In this document: positions 25,379-37,245 of the stretch, piece by piece
Layout: every line of letters begins with the position of its first letter
How positions within the stretch are numbered: the stretch's first letter is position 1
NCBI GenBank assembly: GCA_950097015.1
Contig: CATNEN010000034.1
Location: 5,270,001-5,334,000, forward strand
DNA length: 64,000 nt
Reading direction: 5' to 3'
DNA from: Macrostomum hystrix
Taxonomy: Eukaryota; Animalia; Platyhelminthes
Notes under the pieces: model-generated
Database searches by the model: none
What the model was told of the DNA's origin: nothing
Seen by the model: only the letters and a program-made list of their open reading frames with translations
Program-made: the position numbers and the translations under genes

Positions 25379-26319
25379 ATCTCTAGTTTATAAACATAAC
25401 TATGAAGGAATTTTCTGCAAATTTGAATTTCATTTAATCGTTATTTGAAGTATTTATTTGTTAAACAGCTGCAAAATAAGGTAGTAATTTGGGCATGTGT
25501 CGTGCCCTCCTCAGTCCATGGACTGAAAAGCGGTACACAGTATTTGAAAAACGCCACGCTAATTTCGACAAAAAAATCAAGTAAAAAATGTTCATTTTTA
25601 TTAAGTGATAAGTTAAGCGTGTATTACATTGTAAAATACCGTGTATTACAAATTAAAATATCATGCCTATGGCCATTTTACTATAAGATAAAATAAGCTA
25701 AAATACTTACAAAGGAATACTAAAACTATTCAGTAAGCACTGAAGAATCAGGGGATTATATAGTGACTAAGGATAATATAAAAACTAATTAATTATGCAT
25801 AAATATATAACACAACAAGTGTTCATACATCAGCAGACACCAACTAATTTACAGAAATGAGAATTAACCGAGCAATGAATATTGCGCAATAAAACAATTA
25901 AATATAAACATATGCAGCTGCCTAATAGCTTGGAAAACGCAAATATTTCTACAAACTTGTTTATAGTCAGCGCAAAATTAATAATTGTATAAAGGACAAA
26001 AATAGATTTAAAAGAGAGCTAGTAAATTGAATATTATAAAACGCAGTATTTAATTAGCCAGATAAAAAAATGCCTTCAAATTGACAACTTCACTTTAGAC
26101 AAATTTTTTTGAAAAATATTGGTTACAAAAATAGTTGAAAAAAGGCTATTAGTAATTGCAGAATTGCGGAAAAGCACCAAAATCGTAATTTGTACTTTTG
26201 TATTACTGTGTTAATTACTGTGATTAACACAGTAACTGTACTGTAATTAGTGTTAATTTAGCAAAAATTATACAGTGTTTAGTATTAGTATTCGATAGTA
26301 AAAAGCGATAGTAGAACCC

Positions 26320-26850
26320 GTAATTAGTTCTCTGTAGACTAATCTACTAGACTAATTGAAATCCGTAATTAGTTTTCTGTGGAATTCTAATAGACTAATT
26401 GAATCCCTAATTAGTTTTCTGTGGAATTCTAGTAGACTAATTGAAATCCGTAATTAGTTTTCTGTGGAATTCTAATAGACTAATTGAATCCCTAATTAGT
26501 TTTCTGTGGAATTCTAGTAGACTAATTGAAATACGTAATTAGTTTTCTGTGGAATTCTAATAGACTAATTGAATCCCTAATTAGTTTTCTGTGGAATTCT
26601 AGTAGACTAATTGAATCCCTAATAAGTTTTCTGTGGAATTCTAGCAGACTAATTTAATCCCAAATTAGTTTTCTGTGGAATTCTAATAGACTAATTAAAT
26701 CCCTAATTCGTTTTCTGTGGAATTCTAATAGACTAATTAAATCCCTAATTAGTTTTCTGCGGAATTCTAGAAGACAAATAGAATTCCAAATTAGTTTTCG
26801 GTGTGATTTAATTAGACAAATAGAATCCGTCATAAGCTTTTCTGTCGCAT
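26320..26850. repeat. 42/43-bp AT-rich tandem repeat, about 12 copies (TAATTAGTTTTCTGTGGAATTCTAGTAGACTAATTGAATCCC)
   Basis: Direct repetition with alternating 42/43 periods; lies between the CenH3-like 3' end and the liprin 5' end. Confidence 0.92.
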
Positions 26851-26951
26851 TCTAATTTAAAAGCAAAATTTTTACAGTTTACCACTGCCCGCGTCCAATT
26901 TGACTAACAGAATAAACACAGATCCGCGGTAGCTGCATAAAGTACACACAA

Positions 26952-28518
26952 TCAAGGACCATGCTGACTGCAAAGCTCGCAGATAAGCACCAGGTCGGCC
27001 TTTGACACTGTGACTCGGCTCCTATGATTGCACAGCCTATTAGCGTCACTCAAGATCTGCACAATATAGGACTCGGCCATTGTCTGGAGGGCGGCTATAG
27101 CGGCGCTCTGCCAGGAGTCACCGACGCCTGGCGAGACGCACAGCTGGCCATTGTGCTTTAGATTGGCCGTAATCTCCCTCACTATTCGCATAAATGGAGC
27201 GCGTTGGATTAGAAAATTTGTTGTAGATTGGAAATAGCAGATTTCTCGTTCAATATGCCGCTTGCGCCGATGCGAACGGTGCTGCTGCTGCTGCCGCCGC
27301 TGCTGCTTGATTCTCTCTGGCTCATCGCGCTGCACTGCCGAGTTCTGGCGCTGTTGGCTAACCACTTTCTTCTTCTGGCAAAGGAAAAACAATAGTAATT
27401 CAAATTGAATACAACATTTAATCGCATTCGACAAATAGAAATACGTGCTAGAAGGAGGGAAATCTACAACCCAGATCTTCCAGCCGATCCATCGCCATAC
27501 ATGGTGAGATGCAAGTCTTAGTAGCACTATTACGTCGATGCCAATGCACAGAGTACAATGAACTGCTACCAGAAAACCGAGAAATTAATATATTGTGAAA
27601 GCATACCACTGTCCTTTTACTGTTTACAAAAAGAGCTAAATATTTTACGCAGCATGCGCAACATGCATACTTAGTTCAAATATATTATTACTATTATTAA
27701 GAAGTGTTAGCATGCGTAATTGAATTCTTAAGAGAATTCGCCAGCCCAAAAACACCAGTACTAGTACTGCAGTACACTAGAATGAAAAGTGTAGGTGCTG
27801 TTACTTCTTTATCAGACATGAAAATTGAAAAATCTGACAATATTAAGAGTTGACACGAAGAGTACACACGACTTGCTATTCACCGAACAGCTGTTTTATT
27901 TTTAAGCTTCATTAGAAAAGACTAATTAACAGAAACAATGTAGCTAGATATAATACATGCTGAAGGAAGCATGAAGTCTACTCCAGAAAACAAAAGAAAG
28001 ATCTAAGAAGCACTTAAAGGGTGCATAAAGGCTTCAACACAAACCTGGCTAGCCACTGGCATTGAACGCCGTTTACTTTTACCACCGGGTGAAACAGGGC
28101 GACGAGCAGCAACCTCTGCCTCAGATTGAGATGATTCGTTCTCTTGAGAATTAGCTGCAGCTCGAGCTTCAGGTGACGCTGAAATTCTCGGCCTGTGTGC
28201 CGCGTCGGCGGCTACAGGACGGCTAGACGAACCGACGGCTAGAGACTGGCGGCGAGGGCGAGACTTGGGCGATCCTGGCACATCGGCGGCAGTTGGCTTA
28301 GCAGCGGCGGAGGCACCACGTCTGCTAATAGCAGCAGATGCAGCTGGTGTGCTAACCACTTTAGGCGCAAAGGTGGACTTTGATAGAGGCTGCATTGCGC
28401 CATAGCTGGTCCGATTGCCGCTGCTGCTGCTGGCGCCACCGCTAGATAGAGGAGCCAGAGCAGGCCTGGGAGTCTGCTGCGGCTTTTGCGATGAGCGGGT
28501 CGGAGCTTTTTGCCGCAT
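26952..28518 (-). CDS. CENPA: Centromeric histone H3 variant (CenH3/CENP-A-like), about 298 aa
   Basis: Exons 28518-28045 and 27374-26952 (phase 0, GT-AG). Histone fold EREICYFQSTTNFLIQRAPFMRIVREIT...WQSAAIAALQTMAESYIVQILSDANRLCNHRSRVTVSKADLVLI. CenH3 hallmarks: Q68>M, F84>W, T107>A, loop 1 about 10 aa longer, long unrelated N-tail. Confidence 0.8.
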
Positions 28519-28811
28519 TTTTTTCTTTGGTCCTTTGTAACTGTAGAAACAATTCAAATACTCTATTAATTTATCGTGGTGGAAAAACACTAACTAAACT
28601 AAAAATACTGTTTAGCACATTTTGCAACAAATCAAATTAATAATAAGGAAATGCTTCCAGATTTTTATAGCTATTATTATATACATACAATTATAGTTAT
28701 TTATAATTATTTATTATTTCATGAGAGATGTTCTATAAAGAATAGCAACTTCTTACTTTCTGTAAAAAAGTTATATCTTTTCTGACCATGTCTTAATTAA
28801 TAATTAAGAAT

Positions 28812-29102
28812 TTATTACACCTGCCCCAATTGGGTAAGATGTGCAGCCGACAGCACAGCCGCAGCTATTACATGGCACATCTGAAGGCTGTGTACAGCTG
28901 TTCAGTCCATGGACTAGGGGGACACCACACCTACCTTCAATTATACCAGCTGATGCTGGTACCCATTTAACAGCTGGGTGAACTGAAGCAATGCAGAGTT
29001 AAGTGTCTTGCTAAAGGACACAAATTGTTCCAGTGGAGTTGGCATTCGAACCCCCAACCTTGAAGTTGTGAGTCCAACACCCTAACCACTAACCACTAAC
29101 CA
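28812..29102 (-). mobile_element. tRNA-derived SINE family B (CORE-like central block)
   Basis: Head GGTTAGTGGTTAG...GGTTCGAATGCC, then tgtgtcctttagcaagacacttaactctgcattgcttcagttcacccagctgttaaatgggtacc. Closely matches 58826-59117. Confidence 0.8.
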
Positions 29103-31811
29103 GTATCCATGGGCACTCATGCTTTTAAGACAATTTTTTGACCAGAACTAACTTATTTGTGGTTACTGCTTAAGCTGTTTGTGCAAACACAACAGCAAGA
29201 ATGCAATAGACCACAACTGAACACTTTAAAAAAATAATTATTTTTAACTAAAATATAATCTTTTTATCTAATTGCTTTAAGAAATTTGTAACTAAATATG
29301 AAATGTTTACAATTCCAACAAATAATTGTTGCACTCATGATTTCATTTATAATAATTTCAGACTTACTTTTAAAGTATATAATTAGTTAATAAGCAATTT
29401 ATACATTTTACTAGCCAAAATATGTACAAAGCTATGAATTTAGCATCACAAACAGAGGAAAGTAAATAACCAATAACACTTGGACCAAAGGTACATTGCT
29501 ACACTAATCATTTTTCAATAAAGTACCACTAGGCCTATGCAAAAGTCTAAAAATGAGTAGAATTATAAATAAATCAATAGAGCTCTGCCATAGCAATGGA
29601 TATAGCTTTTAGTATAAATCTTGTCACATTCTCAGTCAACAGACTAGGGAAAACCCTACCACACAATATTCACATGGCATTGAAATTTCTGAAGGGCTTA
29701 AGTCCTAAACACTAAGGAATTAAGAGTTCCTATTATATTCAAAAGTGTCTTCACAAATTTTGTAGTCTTGAGTTCTTTATGGGCTTGAGTTTGTATTGAA
29801 TTTTGTGTTAGCTACATAGAACTGTTTGACTTAAGTTTTATTTTATATTTTCTGGTCATCTCTATTGTCTCTGCACTGTTTGTTTTATTCACTTCATTGG
29901 AAACTAAATTTGAGAACTCAAGATACAGTAAACAAGATTAGGTCTAAATGCATAGATTAGAGATAAACACATTACAACTACATATAGTTATATTTACTAA
30001 ATTGGAACTGGCATGTTAGCAATAGGCCTAGCTAAATAGTCCGGATTTTTGCAGTTATAAATTTTTGCAATATAATGTATATATATTTGAATTACTGTCA
30101 TGTGTTACAGTGTTAGGCCTATAGGCTAGATAGCTCAAATTTAGTGACTTAGGCTAGCATATCATGACATATCAGTCTAAAAGCACCAGTTAAATACACT
30201 AGACTAGATAAAAAGTTAAGAATGGGTAGGGCAGGGGTAAAATCTTTAATAAGAAATAGATTACATTATAGATGGCAAAGTTTTTTGTATAATGTCAATA
30301 GATGGATATGACATCCTACTGCATTGCCATTTGCTTGACCAACATATTTGGCACAACGCTGTTTTGGATCACACATTTTTATCGCCTGTTGCTAATGCCT
30401 GGGTAGAATGGAAACATGAGTTGTTGAAATTTTCATTAAGGGTAGTTTCATTTAATTTTTTCTCTTTTCCTTTTTTTCTAAAAATAAAATTCATAAGAAA
30501 TTATATAAAAATTCATTAAAATTAAAATTAAAATTAAAACAATAAATTTGTAAGCTTTGCTGATATTTTTTAAATAAGTTAAAAAAAACTTGATAGCAAT
30601 TGTCTTGACATTTAGTGAGACAATGTATATTGTCTTGACATGTATAAGTGCTTTGCTACCTTCCTTCTATTACAAGGATAATAAAATTGATTAAAAAGTT
30701 ACACCTAGTATGTAAGCATAGGCATGATACAAATAAATTAGATTTTTGATCAATTTTAAATGATAAAGAGCTAAATAAAGACAAATTACTAAACATGCTA
30801 ATTTAGACAAGTAATCATATAGACACAGATAGACAAAGATTCTTGTGACTATAGCAAAATTTCCACTATAGAAATTAGTTAATTGCCGATTTCACCAATA
30901 ATGGAAACTATTTACTCTAGATAGGGCCTACGCAAACTGTCTATAGGTCTTGTCCAATAACTCTTCAGTACGTCGTCTCGCTGGCTGTATCAATAAATCC
31001 AGGAAAGCGACAACATCAATAAAAAAACCGGTGATTCATATTGTCACCTTAGAACTTCTCTCTTACACAAGATAACAAACGAAAAATGATAAATTCAGTA
31101 TTAAATTTAGGTAAAAAATAGGGACTTTCTTTTCAATCGTCCTATAAAACAAAAAAAGATTTGTTTATCGACCTTATTTCGTTTGGAAATTTTAAATTTA
31201 TTTCTCTCTATGGCGTCATGTATTTTGCAAATATATCTAGAAGCTTTCTAGTGTAGTCTAAATTGAAAATTTACATTTTGTTTTCTAGGTTTCGATGTAA
31301 ATATTTAAGTTACTAGTTAAATAAAAAATGTAACTGTTTATGATTTATGCTGCTGCCTGGAAATATGATATCTTATATGTTATATGTCTATATTATATGT
31401 GATTATATTATTTGATTATATGTATATAATTGCTATCTATAGGGCCTATATAGGGCCTATATATTTGAATTTCTCTACTAGGGCCTAACTATACTTTGTT
31501 TCAAAGTTTTTTTCACAGTAAACTTTTTGTCAATAAAAAGAAAACAGTTTGTGTTTGTTTGTAAGTGCCCCTAATTAATTTATAAATTGAGAGCTAAAAC
31601 ATTTGTCATTACAGTTTCATTGTCAATCAGAAATATTGTTCGTTAGGCCTAATGTACCTAGTGTAGCTATAAGCTTAGCTGTTGTCATGTTGATTCATAT
31701 TTATAAAAAGTATACTGTTTATGCACTACCAATATAAATTCTTTCAATCCACCCAATTTAAGGTATATTTTAAGCTTACTAGTATTACTATTGTTCTATT
31801 TGTTTAATATA

Positions 31812-32400
31812 CCTTTTACGTTCTATTTGATAAAAACTGCAACCAATTTGGCCACGGCTCAGCCTGACGCAGCCGCAGCAATTTTCCATAGACAGCCGCC
31901 GCTAGCAGCAACCAATTTGGTAAAAACTGCGAACTATTTTTCCAGCTTGAAGATAGCAGCTCACTGCCGTATTTGACCTGCCCTGTCAACAGCAGTAGCG
32001 AAATAGGGAGCAATAGCATAACAATAACAATAAAGAATGATAACAATATGTCCTCAGTCAAAAGTCAGAACACAAATTCATAACATTAAGAATGAATGAA
32101 GTGGCAGTGATGGCAGCCGACCATCATTCTGCCAAGCTCTCTCCAGTCGTCGCCATTCCTGTACGCTCTCATGATTCGCTCTCGATCCAGCTGACTTATC
32201 TTTTGGTACGGCCCACGATTCGCCATCAGAGTGATGATAAGAATGATAAGAATGATATCTTCAAGCTGGCAAAATAGCTCGCAGTTTTTACCAAATTGGT
32301 TGCTGCTAGCAGCGGCTGTCTATGGAAAATTGCTGCGGCTGCGTCAGGCTGAGCCGTGGCCAAATTGGTTGCAGTTTTTATCAAATAGAACGTAAAAAGG
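31812..32400. mobile_element. Non-autonomous foldback element/MITE, 589 bp, ~145-bp TIRs, TA TSD
   Basis: 31812-31955 is the reverse complement of 32256-32400 with about 4 differences; TA flanks at 31810-11 and 32401-02. Confidence 0.9.
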
Positions 32401-33426
32401 TAACTGTTTGATATTTAACTGAATCAAATAACTTTATTAAATATAAAAATAAGCACCTTTAAAGTGTGCGCAATATGAAAATGAAATATATATATATAAT
32501 ATATCCATAAAACTTAAACATAGATATACTGATACGTTGATACTTTTAAAATAAAATGTACAAGATAAAACAGCATATTAACTATTAAAATGAAAAATAG
32601 GTAACATAAGTGTAACTCTGAAGCAGTCTTATATTTAAATTATACTTTTAGTATAGTTGGAATAATACAAATTATAGTGTAAATTGACATGGCAAATAAC
32701 TAGTTTTGCATGTACATGAGGCTATTTTACAAAATATATAAACTTTTTAAAACATTTTATTGAGCAAAATGTTGAACTTTTCCAAGTTTTTAATGATGTA
32801 GTAGTGTCTAGAGCAAAATATTTTGCATTTGTGGTTGTGGGAGGCTTTGAATGACCTTTGCAATTTCTTTGGCCAATTTGTAGTGGGCATGGCCACATAA
32901 ATGTGTGCATGGCTATATATATAGTGAATATATACAAGAGTAATATTAAAAAAGGGCAGGAGAGATAGGGAAGGTTGTTAGATTATTCCCTTATGCTCTT
33001 ATAAATGGCACAAACTTCAAACTCTGGCCCCAAGATCAAGCATGTCAGATTTCAACAGAAATTAGAGCTTTCTCTTTAGGGTAAAGTTTTTTAAATATAA
33101 AGGTTTCAAGGTAAAGTTTGTATCAAAAACTCCATTCCAAATTGTTTTGAAACTCAGAAAACAAAGTAAAAAAATTAATTTCCACTTAACTGAACCACTC
33201 TATTTGATAGACATGCAGTTTTTTTTCTTTTCTGCTAAACTTCAGTAAGTGCCATCAAAGGCTGAAACTTGCTTATCAGTACACTTGATCTGATCAGGCT
33301 TAAATTAATGGGGGTAATTAAATTTCTAACACTAAGTGGGTGTCAATGGCTTTTTTTGATTAGCTTCATTGCTTAATTAGTTTGTTAGTGCAAAATGTCA
33401 CTGCCTTCTAACTGCCTTTCCAGGCC

Positions 33427-34801
33427 ATGTCGTCCACCGGTATCCTGTTCACTCCGCCTAATTATTTTCGTGCCCAGCGCGTTGAAATCGCCGCCGCTTA
33501 TTCTGGCTTTAAACTGACCAAAGCCAAGTATGAGCCGGGCAAGACCGACAGCACGCTAGTTAAGAAGGGTTTCCCTGCCGGCTGCCTGCCAGCCTTCGAG
33601 TCTGGCAAGGAGCAACTATTTGAGGCCAACGCCATCGCCCAGTTTGTTGCTAATGATCAGCTGCGTGGTGGATCTAACAACGCGGCCCAAGTTGCCCAGT
33701 TTGCCAACTGGAGCGACGCTACCTTTGTGCCACCGATGACCGCCTGGGTGCTGCCCTGTCTTGGTGTCACTAAGCCTGACGCTAGCCAAACAGAGGCCGC
33801 GAAGGCTCAGGTCGCTGCTGGACTGAAGTTTCTAGATTCTCACCTGGCCACTCGAACTTACCTGGTTGGCGAGCGCATCACCTTGGCCGATTTGGCTGTA
33901 GCCTGCGACCTTCTGCCGCTGTTCCAGCACGCTATGGGCCCCGATCAGCGTCGGCCCTACGGTAATGTGGCCCGCTGGTTTAACACGCTAATTAATCAGC
34001 CGGAGTTTAAGAAGACCATTGGCGAGGTAAAATCTAATTGCGACTGAAAATTCTTGTCCAACCAGCTACTTACCAGCTACAATGTTAGTACTATAAAACG
34101 CGCGTTTCTGTTATTTTTAGGTTAAACTGGCCGACAAGGCTGGCGCATTTTGCCAGGCCACCTACGACAAGCTGCGCCAGCAGCAGGGCGGAGCTAAGAA
34201 AAAGGAGGAGCCAAAGAAGAAGGAAGAGCCGAAGAAGAAGAAGGAAGAGCCAAAGAAGAAGGAAGAGCCGAAGAAGAAAGAGGAAGACGATGATGACGAT
34301 GATCATAAGAAGAAAGAAGACAAAGATCCGTTCGCCAAGCTGCCCGCTGGCACGTTCAACATGGACGAATTCAAGCGCGTGTACTCCAACGAGGACATTA
34401 AGACTGTTGCCATCCCTTATTTCTGGAAGAACTTCGATGCCGAGCACTACAGCCTGTGGTACTGCGAGTACCTCTTTCCCGAAGAGCTGCGCATGATTTT
34501 CATGTCCTCCAATCTCATCGGTGGCATGTTTCAGCGCCTCGATAGGATGCACAAGCACGCCTTTGGCTCCATGGCCGTGTTTGGCGTTAGCAACAACAGC
34601 ACTATTAGCGGCATCTGGTTCTGGCGCGGCCAGGATCTGGCGTTCAAGCTTAGCGAAGACCTGCAGGTTGATTACGAGAGCTTCAGCTGGCGCAAACTGG
34701 ATCCCAAATCCGACGAGGCCAAGACCCTAGTTGAAGAATATTTCCTGCAAGAGGGCAACTTTGGCGGCAAGACGTTCGCCCAGGGCAAGATCTTCAAGTG
34801 A
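33427..34801 (+). CDS. EEF1G: Translation elongation factor 1-gamma (eEF1Bgamma), 426 aa
   Basis: Exons 33427-34026 and 34121-34801 (phase 0). GST-like N-domain ([23 protein letters not shown]), K/E-rich linker, and C-domain [25 protein letters not shown]...WFWRGQ...QGKIFK. Confidence 0.97.
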
Positions 34802-34921
34802 TCATCCATTGTTGGACTAATTATAGAAATAAATCATATGATTTCGTGCAACATCAACAAACGACTTTCTGTTCTCTTTAACACGCAAAGGTGGTTGGGT
34901 TCTATTTAAGACTGATTGATC

Positions 34922-34927
34922 AATAAA
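34922..34927 (+). terminator. Candidate polyadenylation signal of EEF1G
   Basis: AATAAA about 120 nt after the stop codon. Confidence 0.45.
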
Positions 34928-36169
34928 ACTTGTCTTGAATTCAAAATCAAAAGACCAAGTTTTACACACTGGCCTGCAAAAAAATCTGTTCAACTTTCTT
35001 CACAACAAAAGACCATCTCTCAACTAGTGGATGAAAATTGATTTGGCGCGTCCTGTTCAAAATTCGTTTCCTTTTTTTAAAGCAACATTGAAAGACTGGA
35101 GTACGGAATGAAAACTTTAACAACTGCTTAGACGTTTTTTTCTGAATGAAACTGACAAGTATATAAAAGTGCAATTATAATATCAGTTGGCACTTTTTCT
35201 GAAGCTAGGAGGTCACTTTTCTGAATGCGTCATTGCTATTGAAATAAGCAGAAAGAGAATCCTGATTTGCACTGTACTATATACTTGTCTTAAAATTGGT
35301 AGGGACAAGTAGCAAGCTGCTCCGTCCTTGTTCGTCAAAGCCAAACGGATACAAATTAACAAAACTGATAGCGAGCTATTGTAGCAAGCATTCTGGAAAA
35401 CTTGACTTCATCGTCTTGCTCGACTATAGCAATTAGAAACGCTGTAAGCGAGGTCCGTGGTCGTTTTAGCCTTCAGGCTAAAAGGCTTTAAAAAAGTTCT
35501 AGAACTCCCGATGCGACGGCTAGCTAGGTCACTTGGGAATTGTCCAGTTAGCAGCTACTCAGTAATCTTCTATAGATTAGCTCCTGTATAATCTTCCTTT
35601 CCCAGATGCGACCAGGTCTGCTCTTTCACATCTCTTTCACATCTTCTACGAGAACTTTGTCTCATTTACCTTTGCTTTTAACTACTGCCTCTATATAATT
35701 GGGTCCATCAGAGCCTAATTAAAAAAATAAGGTGAGGAGGCGTCAAGCGGAAAGCATTTCGCGCAGCAAAAAGTTTATGGACAAAGCTTGGAAGCGAGGC
35801 AATCTCTTTTGTAGTATAGAAGCTGAGCGATGAAGGCTGACTCTAATCAAGCAAGCATAACATTGATTCGGCATTCGATGTTATGTGCTTCGTTTCGGAA
35901 GCACATATTTGAGTCAGAAATGAAAAGCATCAAGCTTTCACGATTTAAAACATGTCGCTGGCAAACACGAGCCAAACAAATCGGTTGTGGTGCACAGCCC
36001 CCAGCCAGCATACTTGTCAGCAGTGATTGCTTGGCCAAGAGCTTCGGTCGCCTCTCGGTCGAGTAGCATAGCTTAATCGATCAACCGAAAGAAAATGCGT
36101 TAGATTTGGTTCATTGTTCCATTACATAGTATGACCGATTGCAATGGGTTCTCTATGGCTTAATCCCAA

Positions 36170-36449
36170 GAGGGTGAGTGGCAGAGCGGTTAACTCGTTT
36201 GCCTCTCGCACCAAGGTCCCTGGGCTCGATTCCGCGGCACAGCCGCGGAGAGAAGGCTTGGGGGCTTGTCGTGCAATTTACGCCCTTGAGGGCCAACCTC
36301 CAAGGCACTGTGAAATGTACACTGTCAGACGTCAGATGTACCTGTGTGTGCTCAAGAGTCAGCGGAAATACCTCCTCACTGGCTGCGTGTCTGCTCTCAG
36401 CAAATGATGTGCAGTGCCCACAGCCCTCCTGCAAATATTATACAAATAT
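36170..36449 (+). mobile_element. SINE family A copy with 16-bp TSD
   Basis: TATGGCTTAATCCCAA at 36154-36169 and 36450-36465; A box TGGCAGAGCGG, B box GGCTCGATTCC. Confidence 0.92.
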
Positions 36450-37245
36450 TATGGCTTAATCCCAAATAAATTCAAATGTTTGGTCTGAAAGTTCTATGGA
36501 TGGCCGCTCCGATGACCACTGTTTCACATAGCTTGGTAAAATCAATAAACTATAACCAATGTCTACTTTTATCTATGGTCGAAACACGTACGTCTACTCA
36601 AGGGGCATTTAATTTATGATATATAAGGCAGTTGAATTCTGATAAGTCAATCCAAGGAATTCTAAATCTAGCAATTTAGAACTACTAATTTTCGACAACT
36701 AGATTTAGAATTCCTTGGTCAATCTGATAAAAGGACAAAAAACATTGACTGGAGTCGGATGCCAACTCTAGCACAATATTCGAGGACATCCATGGCCGAG
36801 GGTCAGTACGAGAATTGTCCATAAGGCAGTCAAAATGCTACAATTAGAGCACACATGTGTCTCTGACACATGGCCACAGTTGCAGATTAAACTTGTCGAT
36901 TTGAATCGGTCACTACTTTGTAGGCTAGCTCCTCACTGTATTATTGAGTAGAGCCAAAAGCCAATGAAGACTCGATTTCAATTCGTCACCCGCTCCAATC
37001 TGCTGGCCAATCAGGCACTGACGAAGGCGCTACTACTGTATTATAGCATTTTTTCTAATGCGTTAAAAAGGAATCAAAAGGAAGAAAAAGGAAATGCTGG
37101 ATATCTATTCCAGAGTCCCACTTTGAGGCTGAATCTGTCTTGAATTTTGACAAGCCTGCACTATCAAGCAGGGATTCGTAGCGAACTGGATAACATAAGC
37201 TTAATCGACCCCGATGCCAACGTCAGCTGCCCGGACCGGCATCCC

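Noticed and set aside
27430-27505. Plus-strand exon-like segment (EIRARRREIYNPDLPADPSPYM|gtgag) inside the CenH3 intron
   Set aside because: Short, with no recognisable homology and no partner exons found; likely chance.
29040-29102. tRNA gene or telomeric (CCCTAA-like) repeat
   Set aside because: It is the tRNA-derived head of SINE B; there is no complete cloverleaf and no true hexamer array.
36170-36240. tRNA gene
   Set aside because: A/B boxes continue into a ~280-bp body repeated seven times with TSDs, so it is a SINE head.
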